Assembly (NCBI GenBank): GCA_001938485.1
Contig: MQRK01019757.1
Coordinates: 1 to 55,081 of the forward strand
Length of the DNA: 55,081 nt
Reading direction: 5' to 3'
DNA from: Girardia tigrina
Lineage: Eukaryota
Position 1 is the first letter of the stretch, and the number at the start of each line of letters is the position of its first letter. Below, in pieces: positions 38,960 to 51,331 of this stretch. Below the pieces are notes generated by a model. That model was not told the DNA's origin, made no database searches, and worked only from the letters and a program-made list of their open reading frames with translations. Both the position numbers and the translations under genes were made by a program.

Positions 38960-39040
38960 ATCAGCGCAAGCTAGTGACTTGCGCTTACTAGGAATTCCTC
39001 GTTCAAGTGGGATAATTTCAATCCACTATTCCTGACAGGA
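38917..39040 (-). rRNA. 18S rRNA gene fragment (~125 nt, non-functional copy)
   Basis: Minus strand reads TTGAACGAGGAATTCCTAGTAAGCGCAAGTCA...GATTACGTCCCTGCCCTTTGTACACACCGCCCGTCG, the conserved eukaryotic SSU region just before helix 44/V9. Confidence 0.97.
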
Positions 39041-39054
39041 AACCGGTACATCCC

Positions 39055-39159
39055 TAATTATTAGGATTATTATTATTATTATTATTATTTTAATTATTAT
39101 TATTATTATTATAATTATTATTATTATTATTATTTTATAATTATTATTATTATTATTAA
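39055..39159. repeat. Imperfect (TTA)n microsatellite
   Basis: Run of TTA trinucleotides. Confidence 0.95.
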
Positions 39160-39299
39160 TCGTTTTATCACAATAATCGTTTACCTAAGAACAAGAATAA
39201 AAATAAAAAATATTATATATATTTTCAAACAGCATTTTTAATTATCTTACCGACAATAATTATTAATTATATGGAGTAAGGGCTTCTTTATGTAATGCA

Positions 39300-40990
39300 T
39301 AGCACTGCGAGGATCACTTTCCAGGACGATTCTATTTTCGCTGATATGATCAACATCCTCATACTGGTTTAGACTTTGGATATTTGATAATTTTATATCA
39401 ATTATTATTCCAGACTCCCGGTGCTAAAAACGAACTCATTAATTTTAAATAAAAGATAAAATAAGTTTTACAAATTTAAAACTTAAGTTTTTGTGGTCAT
39501 TTATTATTTTTGTTTTATGAATTTCTTCTTCGTTGAATAGATTTTCAATAAACATATTTGAAGAATGAGATTTCAGATTGACCGATTCTATTTCGTAGGC
39601 TTAATTAAATAGATGACTTTATTAATAATAATTAATAATAATGTAGGTATTATACATATCAAATAAAACGTGTTCAAAATTTTATACAGATAATTATGAT
39701 AATTTAGGTCTCATTATTACACTGATAAATAATCAATAATATTATTTACAAATCAAAAGTTATTGTGAACCTAAGTATAATCCTAAAATAAATAAGAGCT
39801 TGGTGTTTCGTTCTTGGGTCTGTGTCTTCAACCTATTCGAAGATTACTTCTACTTTAAACCAGTTTAATGACCTTTTACATAAGAATTTCTATTCAAAAT
39901 CTTTCCTTTAAAAATTAACTAGAGAAACAATTGATAAATTATTTAAAAATCATGTAAATAAAACAATGGAGGGAAAGGATGATTTAAAACCAGGAGTATG
40001 ACTTTTAAGTCTCGAAAATTAAGTCTCGGAAATTAAAATTTTAAAAAATATAAAATTTGGGTAAATTTTAAAAAAAATGAAATATTCAAGTAAATCTTAG
40101 AAAATTTGAAAAACTTTAGTAAAATTTAGTAATAATGAAAAACATACAGTAAAAATTAGAAAAAAATTAAAATTTAAGTAAAATTTAGAAAAAATTAAAA
40201 ATTCAAGTAAAATTTATAAAAAATGAAAAAAACTGTAAAATTTAGAAAAAAATGAAAAGTCTCTGACGATTATGTAGGAACAAGTTTATTATTTACAAAC
40301 ATAAATATTTTCCTTCATATCATGAAATATATTAAGTTATTCTTCTGGTGTTTCTGTTTATCGCTGTTAAGACTTTTATTATAGTTTTTTCTTCTTTTTT
40401 TCACTTTTTCTAAATTATACTTGATTTTTTTTATTTTTTTCTACATTTTACTTGAATTTTTAATTTTTTTAAATTTTAATTTCCGAGACTTAATTTTCGA
40501 GACTTAAATATCGTGGCCCCTTTTAAACCCGATAAAGGAACTGACGAGAGGCTTAATTATGGCTACATATTAACTGTTCCTTATTCAAAAAAATTCAAAT
40601 CTTTCATTCTAAATGCTAAGGATTTGAATTTAAAAAACATATAAATTATTATTAAATATACAATTCTTTTGAGTTTATTATCTGATCTTGTTTACAAATT
40701 TTAGTGTAATTTGTTCAACACCACATACATCGGAGAGACGGTTCGTCCTTTCTGTAAACGGGTGTGTAAGCATTGACAATTAAGTGGAAGTAGTAATATT
40801 GCTGAACATAAAACAACTGTAAAACTGCTGCAAAAAATTATTTTTTAAAGTATTATGCAGTAATTTTAAAAATTAATGAGAAAGAGTTTCATTAGAGAAA
40901 TTATTAATTTAAGCTGTTTATTCAGCAATTAATGTCCAATCAGGTGATTCAGCAACTTTAGTGGAAGGTTTAGTCTGAAACAGTAATTAT
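39300..40990 (+). mobile_element. Highly degraded Penelope-like element, interrupted by a MITE
   Basis: SDLVYKF*CNLFNTTYIGETVRPFCKRVCKH at 40681-40775 (GIY-YIG) is homologous to 54812-54905. LHKNFYSK at ~39880 matches LNKNGYSK of the same element. Confidence 0.7.
39992..40521. mobile_element. Mutator-like foldback MITE (530 bp)
   Basis: Long TIRs TTAAGTCTCGAAAATTAAGTCTCGGAAATTAAAATTT, internal ~30-bp tandem units, and 9-bp TSD TTTAAAACC / TTTAAACCC. Confidence 0.8.
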
Positions 40991-41215
40991 ATAATTAATT
41001 GCATAATTATAGATAAGCTTAACAGATATGAAGAGAAGTGCCTAATGATGACAGATATTCAATGGAAATATATTGCCTTAATAAAATTTTATACAACTGT
41101 TACAAATTTTAAAATATTATAAAATTTTTAAATAATGTAAAATAAAATATCAAAATTAAAGTATAGGTATATTTCATATATGTATATATTGTAAAAGAAA
41201 TTTTGAAAAAAATAA

Positions 41216-41452
41216 TTAAGATCTAATGAAACTGTTAGGACTCAAGAAATTTGTGAAATAATGTAAAATTAAATATGCAAAATACAATGTAGAAATTTTT
41301 AAAATATGTAATGATTATAAAAGAATTTTACTAATTTTTAAAATTTTTTATAATCATTACATATTTTAAAAATTTCTAAATTGTATTTTGTATATTTAAT
41401 TTTACATTATTTCACAAATTTCTTGATTCCTAACAGTTTCATTAGATCTTAA
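41216..41452. repeat. Long near-perfect palindrome (arms about 115 bp, short loop)
   Basis: TTAAGATCTAATGAAACTGTTAGGA...ATGATTATAAAA pairs with TTTTATAATCAT...TCCTAACAGTTTCATTAGATCTTAA with a handful of mismatches. Confidence 0.95.
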
Positions 41453-41469
41453 ATATTTTTTATATCACC

Positions 41470-42021
41470 CTATGGTTTCTTATAAGCAGTGATATCCACC
41501 ATACAGAAGTAGCAGTCGTTTATATGATTTATCAGCTCACTCCATATTCTAAGGACTACAAATGGCATTAGTTTCCTGCTGCCTCTTAGCCACCCTTCCA
41601 ATGTTGATTTACAGCATCCACATTGAACATAAGGAGCCCAGGATTTATCTTGACGTCCTATGGACATTCCAAAATATTTCTCATATACTTCGCAGTACTT
41701 CGTGTCGCTAGATATATTGTATTTGATTTGAGAGGGGCCAAAATAATATCCAAAAACATAACAAAACAATCAGATGATAATTCACAGTGTCTAGATGACT
41801 TTTTTATCCACAAATAAATAACAAAATCAATATTAATATGAAAATCGTTAAAGATATAATAAAATAATGGTTAGTGGAGCCATAAAAATAATTTTACAAA
41901 AAATGGCTTTTTCATCCAAACCGAAATAAAAATAAACCACATAAAAATAATTGTTAGTCAGAACGCCGAAATTGTATAAAAATCACTAAAAAATGAAATG
42001 AAACATTTTTGTTGCCCTGTG
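41470..42021 (-). mobile_element. Chapaev3-like (CMC) DNA transposon 5' fragment
   Basis: FCYVFG...YFGMSIGRQDKSWAPYVQCGCC...W...NHINDCYFC N-terminal Cys domain. Terminus CACAGGGCAAC with adjacent TAA (TWA target). Family assignment is from memory of motifs. Confidence 0.75.
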
Positions 42022-43379
42022 TTATGTATTGCAAATCGTGATGATACACAGTCAATGATGGTGAGGTACATAGGCTCCTCGAACTTCGTGACATCAATTG
42101 AAATTCTTTCCAAGTTTCGGCAAAATCCAAACTCCCTTTTTCCAGCGGACTGATGCGGGATCGATAGATTGGCGCCTGTTACGCTGAATGATAATTTGCC
42201 GAAGAGTTTTCGATTAATTTTTCGTAATAGATTTCATAATCATCAATTACATATATAAACTGTAGAAAAGCTAAAAATCAGTGATCTGAAGATGACGGTA
42301 AAACCGTCAATATATATTATCATGATAAAATATATTTATAAATGACGTCTCTTTTGATTTCATACATGATTGATTTTTTAAAAAATATGTTAAAGATGTA
42401 TATTGAAAAATGTAATTTAACAAAACTGAATAAAATTATCTGATTCAGCATCAATATATAATTTTAAAGACTGTACTGAAAATTTTCCCGTTGTTTTTTG
42501 GTAGACAATCTTTTAAAGTATTTCGTATCAAAGACTTTCTTCCTCTTTCAAAGTAAATGAAGTTTCAATAGTCATTTTAAGTTATTTTTTTAAAAAACTT
42601 ATTTTGAGAGCAGAAAGAAATAATCACCAAATTTTAACTATTCAAAATAAATAACACAGCAAATCGAATGGCTTTACATGAAAGTTCTTATAAAAAAATA
42701 TAAATCGTTTTTTTAAATTGTTTTAATTTGTTTTAATAATAAATAACTAATATATTAAAAAATTTAATTTTTTTTATTTCATTAAATGCGGTGTTAAAAT
42801 ATTTTTTTGTTTTGTCAAATCATTTTTAGAAACTGGAGACGATTTCCAAATTGTATTTTATTATAAATTTAATTTGTAATATTATTTTTTTTATTTCACC
42901 GTTAAAATATGTAATGTTGAATGAATTATAGGTTTTGGAAATAAATTAAATTATTTTCCTAGCTAGTAAATTGTTAGAATCAAATTTTAGAAGTAAAGAT
43001 TTTATAACATAAATTAAATAAATCCTTAGACAAAAGTAGTGTTTATGTTAAAGCAAAAATATTCTCCGACCATGCCCTTCTGATTTTTGATCATATGTTC
43101 TATGTCTTTGACCTTTTGATAGAGAATGAATCAATAATTTTCGGATCAGACAAAGTATTGCATAAATAAATGTTAGCTTACTTCGATTTTCAACTAACAC
43201 TTTAAAATAATGAAATATTTTGAAGTTTATTCGTTTTTAACGACGTTTTAGCGGTTGTTTAATATCATTATTTATCATAGTTTGTGCACCATCATTCCTT
43301 ATTAAGATTTTTTCCTCATCATTATTAGTTTTAATTATCTTAATGTTAAAAATTTTACGATTTTTGTCCGCACAATCTC

Positions 43380-43850
43380 GTCAGCTACTTCAACCTCAAT
43401 GTCTTCGTGGAATTTCCGCATTCCAGTTTCGACTGAAAAATAATTTCCTCACTGCAATTCTCAAAGTTTCGAATGATCTTCAAATTTAATGAAATCATTT
43501 TCATTCACTTAATATTAAATTCCCAAAACGTTCCATGCTGCATCAAGGATTTCTTGCATGGATCCGTCTTCTTGAAAACTCGTATGCATATTCTAATTCT
43601 TTATCCGCAAAACCGGATTTTATAAAGCATTTCTTTATTGTCTTAGGATTAACTTTTTGCCAAGCTTCAGAAATCCAGTTCACAGCTTTCAAAGCAGAGG
43701 TCGCTTATACCAATCCGTATGTAGAATTCAATCGTGATTGCCCAGATTTCAGTACAATAGACTTTATGAACAGTTTGCGGTTTTCTTTTTGCAGAAAAAA
43801 ATAACTTCTTGGTCAAACGGCTGAGTCTTAGAAGTTGTGTTTGGAGAGAA
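43380..43850 (-). mobile_element. pogo/Tigger transposase remnant
   Basis: PNTTSKTQPFDQEVI and ALKAVNWISEAWQKVNPKTIKKCFIKSGF are DDE_1 motifs. Confidence 0.88.
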
Positions 43851-46800
43851 AAGTCTGCCTTAACCTTTTTTTCAACTCTCAATTCATTCAAATTTTTAGA
43901 AAAATAAATATTATTGTTTTAATAACCATATTAGTACAGAATAAAGTTTTGAAAATAAATTTAAACTTTCATAAAAGAGTCGTGAATTTTAAAATGTTTT
44001 TATAAAATTTAATTTTTATGAAGTCTTAAAAAACAACAAAGTAAAAAATCAAAAACAAATGAAAGTGTACTTCTAGACATTTATAATTATATTTTATAAA
44101 AGCAAGTATATTTATTTCGTAGAAATTGTTCGTTTATTTGCTGACTAGAAGATACAGCGACCGTTTTTATATCAATGAGTGGATACAGTTTTATGACTTG
44201 GGTGCACACATTCCATGAACTCTTCTCAATTATCACCCGAGTCTACACATTTCTGCATGCCATAGCAAGAACCTACATCACGCATCCATACACTTAATGC
44301 TCACCTAGATGATTGTATAATTACCTATCTGAATGTTAATTAATTCAGCCTGTATTTCTGTACCAGTAGACACCTGATTAAATAACTAGTCATCCTGGAA
44401 TGTGGCGCATAATTTCGAATAGTTGTTATATGTGCAACGATCAGTTGCAATTTATTTGATTTCCTGTTTTGCCAACCTGGTATGTCTTGTTTATGATGAC
44501 CATCCACAGCCAAGTGCCCAATTTACAAAAAGTATGGTATCACAATTCTATGTCAGGCGTTCACATCTAAGTGTCAAACAAACAAGATACACAGGTGTCC
44601 AAATTATGAAAGGCAAGACATTATAGTTCAATAAGTGTATGATGGGTTCCCTTTAAATGTGCCAAAATTAGATACGTTGCACTGTACTAGAGATCTGTGA
44701 AATAATTATTAAATTAGATAAAGAAATAGGAAATTTGTTCTAATTTTATTTATAAAATTTTTTAATGGCTTTTTAAAAATTTTTTAAATCAAAAAGGCTA
44801 TATAGTAAAATTTATTTTTGCAAAAATATTATAATTTCTAAAGTACAGCTAAAAATAAGTAAAATATTAAATATCGAAAACTATTGGAATATCCTTTAAA
44901 AATCTTATATGTATATTTAAACTTTATTAATTTATGATGCACTTTTAATGTTTTTTTTATTAATTTTAAGAAATTATCACTATTTTCACCTGTTCGTTTC
45001 TGATCAAATTAGTACTATAAATCATTATGCTTTTCTTATTCATCCGTCTTACTAAATAAAATCAAAAAATTCTTTTTAATGTATAAAAGCAATAAAATAT
45101 AATTTATTATTTATTAGATTAAAATTTTACTGATAGAAAATCTAACTATAAACTATAACAACCAGGTAGAATATCCATGAAAAATTTATTTTTAAATTAA
45201 TTACTTTTAATTCATATATAAAATCATCGTGATTTTGTTTATTAATTCAAAATTAAATTTAAATCGAATATTTATGAAAAACATAATTTATTTTTTATAT
45301 TTTAATTAAATTGAAGTAACAATATTTAATGTTTTTAATAATTATTTGACAGTTGAAAACATTTAAAATAATTGCTTTTCTAATATACTTATATTTTTTA
45401 ATAAAACTTTATCTGGTAGAATTGAAATTAATATAATGTTTCTTTCAATATTTTATAAAAATTGTAATAAATAATAACTCTTGTCTGTTATTAATGATTT
45501 TGAAAATTAATTATTTAATTAATAGATTTTAAGTTAAAATAAATAAATCAAAAACTTTATTTATATTTTAAAGCATTGTACATCTTAAGACATTCGCGGT
45601 CAAATAGGAAAAACGTGTTTCAGAATTTATTTTTATTTTTGGAAAAAAAAGCAATTGTTGTTTTTATGTTGCATGGTTTTGATGATGTTGCTCCAATCTC
45701 TAGATAAATTTTCTGTGTCATTAATAGTTTGATGATTAATGACAATGTTTTTCAATATTCTCGACAGCTTTGAGACTATTTTCTAAACAATCGATTTTTT
45801 TATAATCCTGTAGGGAGCATTGTTTTTTAAATTGATGATTTACATCTACCATTCCTTAGAAACGTCTGATTTCATGGACTGTCCTTGAAGTCTGATGGTT
45901 TAGGATGTTTATCTTTTATAAAATTGGGAAGTTTGTTCTAATTTCGATGGTGTGTCACAAAAGGTTTTCTTTGCTTTATTACACTGTTATTTGCTGAGAT
46001 TTAGAGTACGTTTGCTGAAAGCTTTAGCTTATGACAGGAGACCCATCTTTTTTTGTAACTTCATTTTAATGGTGGTTTAAGCTCTATTATCTCCATTAAT
46101 TATCTTATTTTTCATCATCAAGAGTGTGGACGATATGGAGGTTTAAGGTCTAATAATAACTTTGGTTGTTATTTCTTCGAAAATAATTTTTGCTCCTATG
46201 AGGTTTTACTTTAAATGGATTCAGGTTTTGTTATGTACAACAAACCACATGTAATGATTTGAAATGGTTGTATTATTTTTGATATATCTTGTATTTTCAT
46301 CTTAAATATATTTTGAAACTCTTAGAAAGTTCTAAATTTCCGTGACAAAAATGTTAGAATTTGAGATAATGTTTGTGTTATTTTTAAATTATTTTTTGAT
46401 TTTTGTTTGTTATAGCTTGTATTTTTTTATCATGTTGTTTTTATTTGATTTATATTGAGTCTTAAAAAGTTCTAATTTTGGCTTTTTGTACAAATGAACT
46501 TTTTGACATTCTTAAGTATTATTTTGATATAAAATAAAACTATTACTTATATAATTATTACATATTGTTATTATTATTTGTTGTAGAACTTTTATGGAAT
46601 GGTCACGAAAAACACCAGATATTACTGTGTCTGATTTTTCAATGAAGATACATTAAGAGTCAAAATTATAAAACAAGACATTCCAATTTATTTCAGTTCT
46701 GAAATTTTATTACTGAAGAATTTGACAGATTATATCCTATTTGTTTTTGTAAAACCTGTCGACTTGTGGCCTTTTATAAAATTGAAGAACGCAGATTCGA

Positions 46801-48682
46801 ACATTTGTGTTATTGAATATAAATTTCGGGCCTTGCTTTGTAATTTTTATGCGTTGACTAAACGGTTGTTGGATATGTTAAACATAACATATATTATTCT
46901 AATACTTATGCCTATCAATGTACTTCAATAACTCGCTTTGCGTTGTTTTGTTTTGCATTTTTTTAAAGTTGCATTCCTGCATAATTAGTACTAATTTTCA
47001 TTGTATGTTGTTAGATTTTTCAAGTTGCGTTGTTTTGAGTTCGAATCTATATTTTTTTGAAATTTTCTATTTTTCTAAAAGATACCACTACTTTTGTTTC
47101 TAATTGCCCATGCCATAAAAACTCGGGGATTCCCTTTCTAACTGAAAATCAACGCAATTTTAATACAGTTTTATTTTAAATTTGTTTTGCTTATTTTAGA
47201 GTTCAGTTTTGATAATGTAGTGGGTTGTAACGTTTTTGTTATGTTTCAATTAGTGTGTTATGCTTTTTTTAAAAGAGAATAATAAATTTTTATAAATTTT
47301 TACGGGTTGTTTCTGGTAACAATAAAGGTAAATATTTTTCCAAATTATTTATTGACAGAGTTGTATTATTTTTTACATACACTTGTAATTTTTTTAGCCA
47401 AATGAATGGAAAGGATGCTACTGGTAGAATTACTACAAATAAAAAAAACATTATCAGTTTTGTGACATAAATTTGCGTCGAAGTTTTTGGAACGTGACCC
47501 TGACGCAAAGTGAGGTATTGGTTTATGTAATAAAATTTCATAATATTTTTGTTTTTTAAATGTCTATTTTGTTCAGTTTTCTTTATAAAAGTAATACTTT
47601 CGTAAACCTGGAACTTATCTTCGATCTTTATATGATTTGCTATAGAAAATCTTAATTCACTTTGCGTTGTTTTAATTTGCGTCTCTTTTTTCGGAACGTA
47701 AAGCGAACGGAAAGGGAGATATTGGTGTATAAAGTTTTCGTTTTGTAAATTAGTGTTTCTTATTTTCAGTCAACACGGACATAATTTTTTAATTAATGTG
47801 AAGTCGATAATTTAATTTTGAGCAATTTATTAATTTCATCGACAGTTTGTTTCATTAAAATTTAAAATCACAAATATTTATTAACATTAAAATTTTACAG
47901 TTAGATATTAGATCACAAGAGATCAAAATCCACCGTTCCTGACGGAAGAACAGAGGAAATAAAAGTTTATTTTTTATGAGCAAGATCTCACAGACAAAGG
48001 TCTTCCCTGATGAAGTCCCGGTTCCCAACGAAGATGGCTCTAGAGATGGTGACGGGACAACAAACAGATCCTTACAACTGATAGAGGCGTCAGCAAAATC
48101 ATCCACATGTCAGTGAGAGAATGACAGGAAAAGGAGAAGTGAAGTACCAGCAGGACAACGTCATCCGAAAAAGTGCAATTCCCAAACGAATGGACGACTT
48201 TACGAATCAAGAGTGCCGACATGTCCAAGTTGGAGCCAGAAAAACAAATTTATATTGTATAGGCACAAAACATTGGTCCACAGTCAAAATCATTTCCCTG
48301 TGCCTTGAAATCATGAGAATGCGAGTCCTTTTATTGAATTTGGTGAGTGGGATCAAATGCAATAAGAGCGGAAATGAGTTTGAGGCAACCGAAACGCGCT
48401 TAACCCATGTAGGGGGACTCGTTCACAAGGGGATCATACCAACAAGCAGAAGACAAACGGAGAGAGACATGAAGAAGGATCCAGTGAGATCCGAAGACAA
48501 GAATAGGAGAAAATAAATCCGATAGATTGTCTGGTAACTCATAGATGAACTTCCTGTCGATAACAGCAGTGAGGGCCTACACACGAAAGCACTAAGAAAG
48601 CAATCAATATCAGAGATAGAGAATGGAAGGCAAGCAAGTTGAGTACAAAGATCAGGAATTCTGCTCAAAATATATGAGATAT

Positions 48683-50740
48683 TTAGAGCAAGGGGATGTT
48701 TCTCACACCGTCAGGCTGAGTAACTGGAACGGCGTACCACAACGAAAGTTTCAACTCGGAGAGTAATTTCTTGGATAGTTTTTTATGTGGCCACATTGTT
48801 CTGAACAATAGTCTCGGTTGATTTACAGCTTTGAACAATCTCAGAAATACACTGCTTAACCATATTGTTTCGGGAGGCTCTGAAATTTTAGCGCTTAGCA
48901 ACCGTTTAAAAGAGGTGTCCAAAGAACTTCCCTTTACTTTTACACTTAATGATGAGTCTTGAAATAAGTGATTGACGAATGTTGGGAGCAGAAGTTGATA
49001 GACTGAAGCCGGAGTTAGATTCTGAAAGAATTTCAAAATGTCACCCAATTTTATTGATTAGAGTAGTGATCGGAGAATTAAGACTGGCAGTAGGTAAAGT
49101 AGCAGTAGGAGCCCTGGGGGTTAAAAAGATAGACTGAGCAGAAGAGGAATTGAAAATGAATCCACATTTGCAGCCATTGAGGGCGGAGACAACAGGAAAT
49201 AAATCCTGGGTACCCCAAAGAGGAAAAACCTCATCATACAGATTATCACAAGAGACTAGTGGAGATAAATTTCCAATGGGAGAAACAGTCTCAGATTCTA
49301 AATGATCAGTTGGCATGGTTGCTGGAGGAGCTCTGGGTGTTAAAAAGATAGGGAAGGAAGTGGACATAGGATACGATGAGTAGCTCCCAGGAGCCGAGAA
49401 TTCATAGAAAAAAATCTTGAGTAGCAGGCAAAGAAGTTTTCTCCAGTTCACTATCAATATCAGTGCAAATTACTTGAGAGAGAGAAACATAAGTAGAATC
49501 TCAGGTCAGCACGACATCGTCCCGATCGATGTCATTAACTTTATCCCTATAATAATGTCAAAATTTCCTCTTCAGTACAAATCATAGTAAAAAATGTTTA
49601 TCCTATATTTCCCAAGTTTGGACGTGCTTTCAGATCATTCAATAATAGAAATTAAATATCTTATTTGATCCAGCAGAAAACATGAAGATTTTACAGTCTC
49701 TTTGCATAAATCATACACATAAGTAATACACATATCATAGACATGAGTAAGCCCTCTGTAGAGACTCAGATGAAGGGAAAATTAGTTCACAAAAGTCAGT
49801 ATGTGAACAGATTGCCAGGTAACTATCACGAAGCCATGTTATTTGTTGAGCACCACTAAGTTCGGAAACTTTTTCAAAGAGAAAGTCAATAAAGAAATCC
49901 AAATCGCCAGTGAGAGACTTTATAAATTTTTGAATAGCAATAAGAACATCCTTTTCCAGAGTATCAACAGAGGGAATAGGTTCAGGGGATGTATGAATCA
50001 CAGAGAACTACTCAAAGAATTCAGGAGAAAGAGGAACAATGTTGTCAGATCTTTCAATAAGAAAGATATATTCAAGAAAGAAATAGTCTTCGAAAACTAA
50101 TGGTATTCCTTTAGTTTCATTGATTTTATAAAAGCCAACAAGAACAGCTAATATATTAAGGAAAGGAGCTACCTTACCAAACACTACTTTGACAGGAGAA
50201 GAAAGATTGTGAAACTGTTGAATGTTAGCAAAATCAAGATAGTCAGTAGACAGGAACCAGTTTCATGAATAGTATAAAATTCCGATAGATAAATTGATTA
50301 TCAGGCACAACATGGTTGTGGTCTCTACAGAAGTTCGTATATACATCAGTGAATCGTAAAATAAGAGAACAAGGTTTCATGGATGTAAAGAATTTAGAGA
50401 GGACATGTGATGAGGAGATTGATCGTTCAGGACGGTGAACCACAAAAGTGCAAAAATGTTCAACAACAGAGTCATCAATGATAGTTTCACTACAAGCAGC
50501 AGATTCCCATAGTTTACCTAGAGCTTTAGTTATGTTGATTTGACGACCACCGGATTTAAAAACAGAGGAGTATATCGATAATTTCTTTAAGAAAGATTTT
50601 AAATTCTATTCAGAAAGAGGACTGGAAAGATCAACCGAAGCAATTCGAAAAACTCGGAACAATTCCATGTTATATCGGATGATGAAACCTTCAGATTTGA
50701 TAAGATTTAACAAAACACTATTCAATGAAGATTTTTTTAC
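48683..50740 (-). pseudogene. ~2-kb decayed coding region of unknown family
   Basis: Chain of minus-strand ORFs (50243-50443, 49735-50001, 49041-49457, 48683-49048), higher GC than the flanks, and an internal IFLTPRAPxATxPT peptide duplication. Confidence 0.4.
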
Positions 50741-51331
50741 ATCACAGTGTATTTAATCATATTTTTTGAAAATACAAAATATTGATTTTTTTAAAATAAT
50801 TAATTATTTTGATTTTGTTTTTTTAATAATGACCAATACACAAAATGACCAATTTCGAAAATAAAATTTTGTGAATTAGATTGATTTACTAAAATGAGGT
50901 TTATTCTTTTTATCACAAGGTTTTAATTTCAGTTACACTACTCACATAAAGTTTTAAATTAAAATCATTATGTGAGGAATAATAAAAATAACTTAGTAAC
51001 ACAGAAATAATTGAACCACGGTGAAATGTAAACTGCCACCAAAAGTATGCTACATATGTCATCTGGCTTTGGTGGTTTCTTAGATAACTGTTTGAGTTTA
51101 ACGTTTTTTATACATTTAAAAGTAATTACACAATAAATTTTCTATCTAATTTTTTTTCATTATATTAATATTTTTAAGAGGAATTATCTCATCGTTTCAA
51201 ATTTTTTTCATGAAAAAAATTAGTAAGAACACAATCGAAATCCATCAAGAATGTATATATTTAAATTCTAACACAAATAATCAAATATTAAAACAACAAC
51301 AATAATTGAATATTAAAATAACATTCAATTA

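Noticed and set aside
37023-38991. Plus-strand ORFs overlapping the LINE (and similar antisense ORFs over other TEs)
   Set aside because: They are antisense shadows of TE coding sequence with no independent motifs.
38917-39040. Functional rDNA locus
   Set aside because: Only about 125 nt of 18S is present, with no remaining SSU, ITS or LSU sequence.
44140-44700. Higher-GC island bounded by CTAG motifs (possible Helitron or exon)
   Set aside because: No clear terminal hairpin, 5' TC boundary or recognisable peptide.
45580-47200. Possible very old LINE remnant on the minus strand
   Set aside because: Only strand-biased composition and a weak LKNNAP-like motif; too degraded to support.
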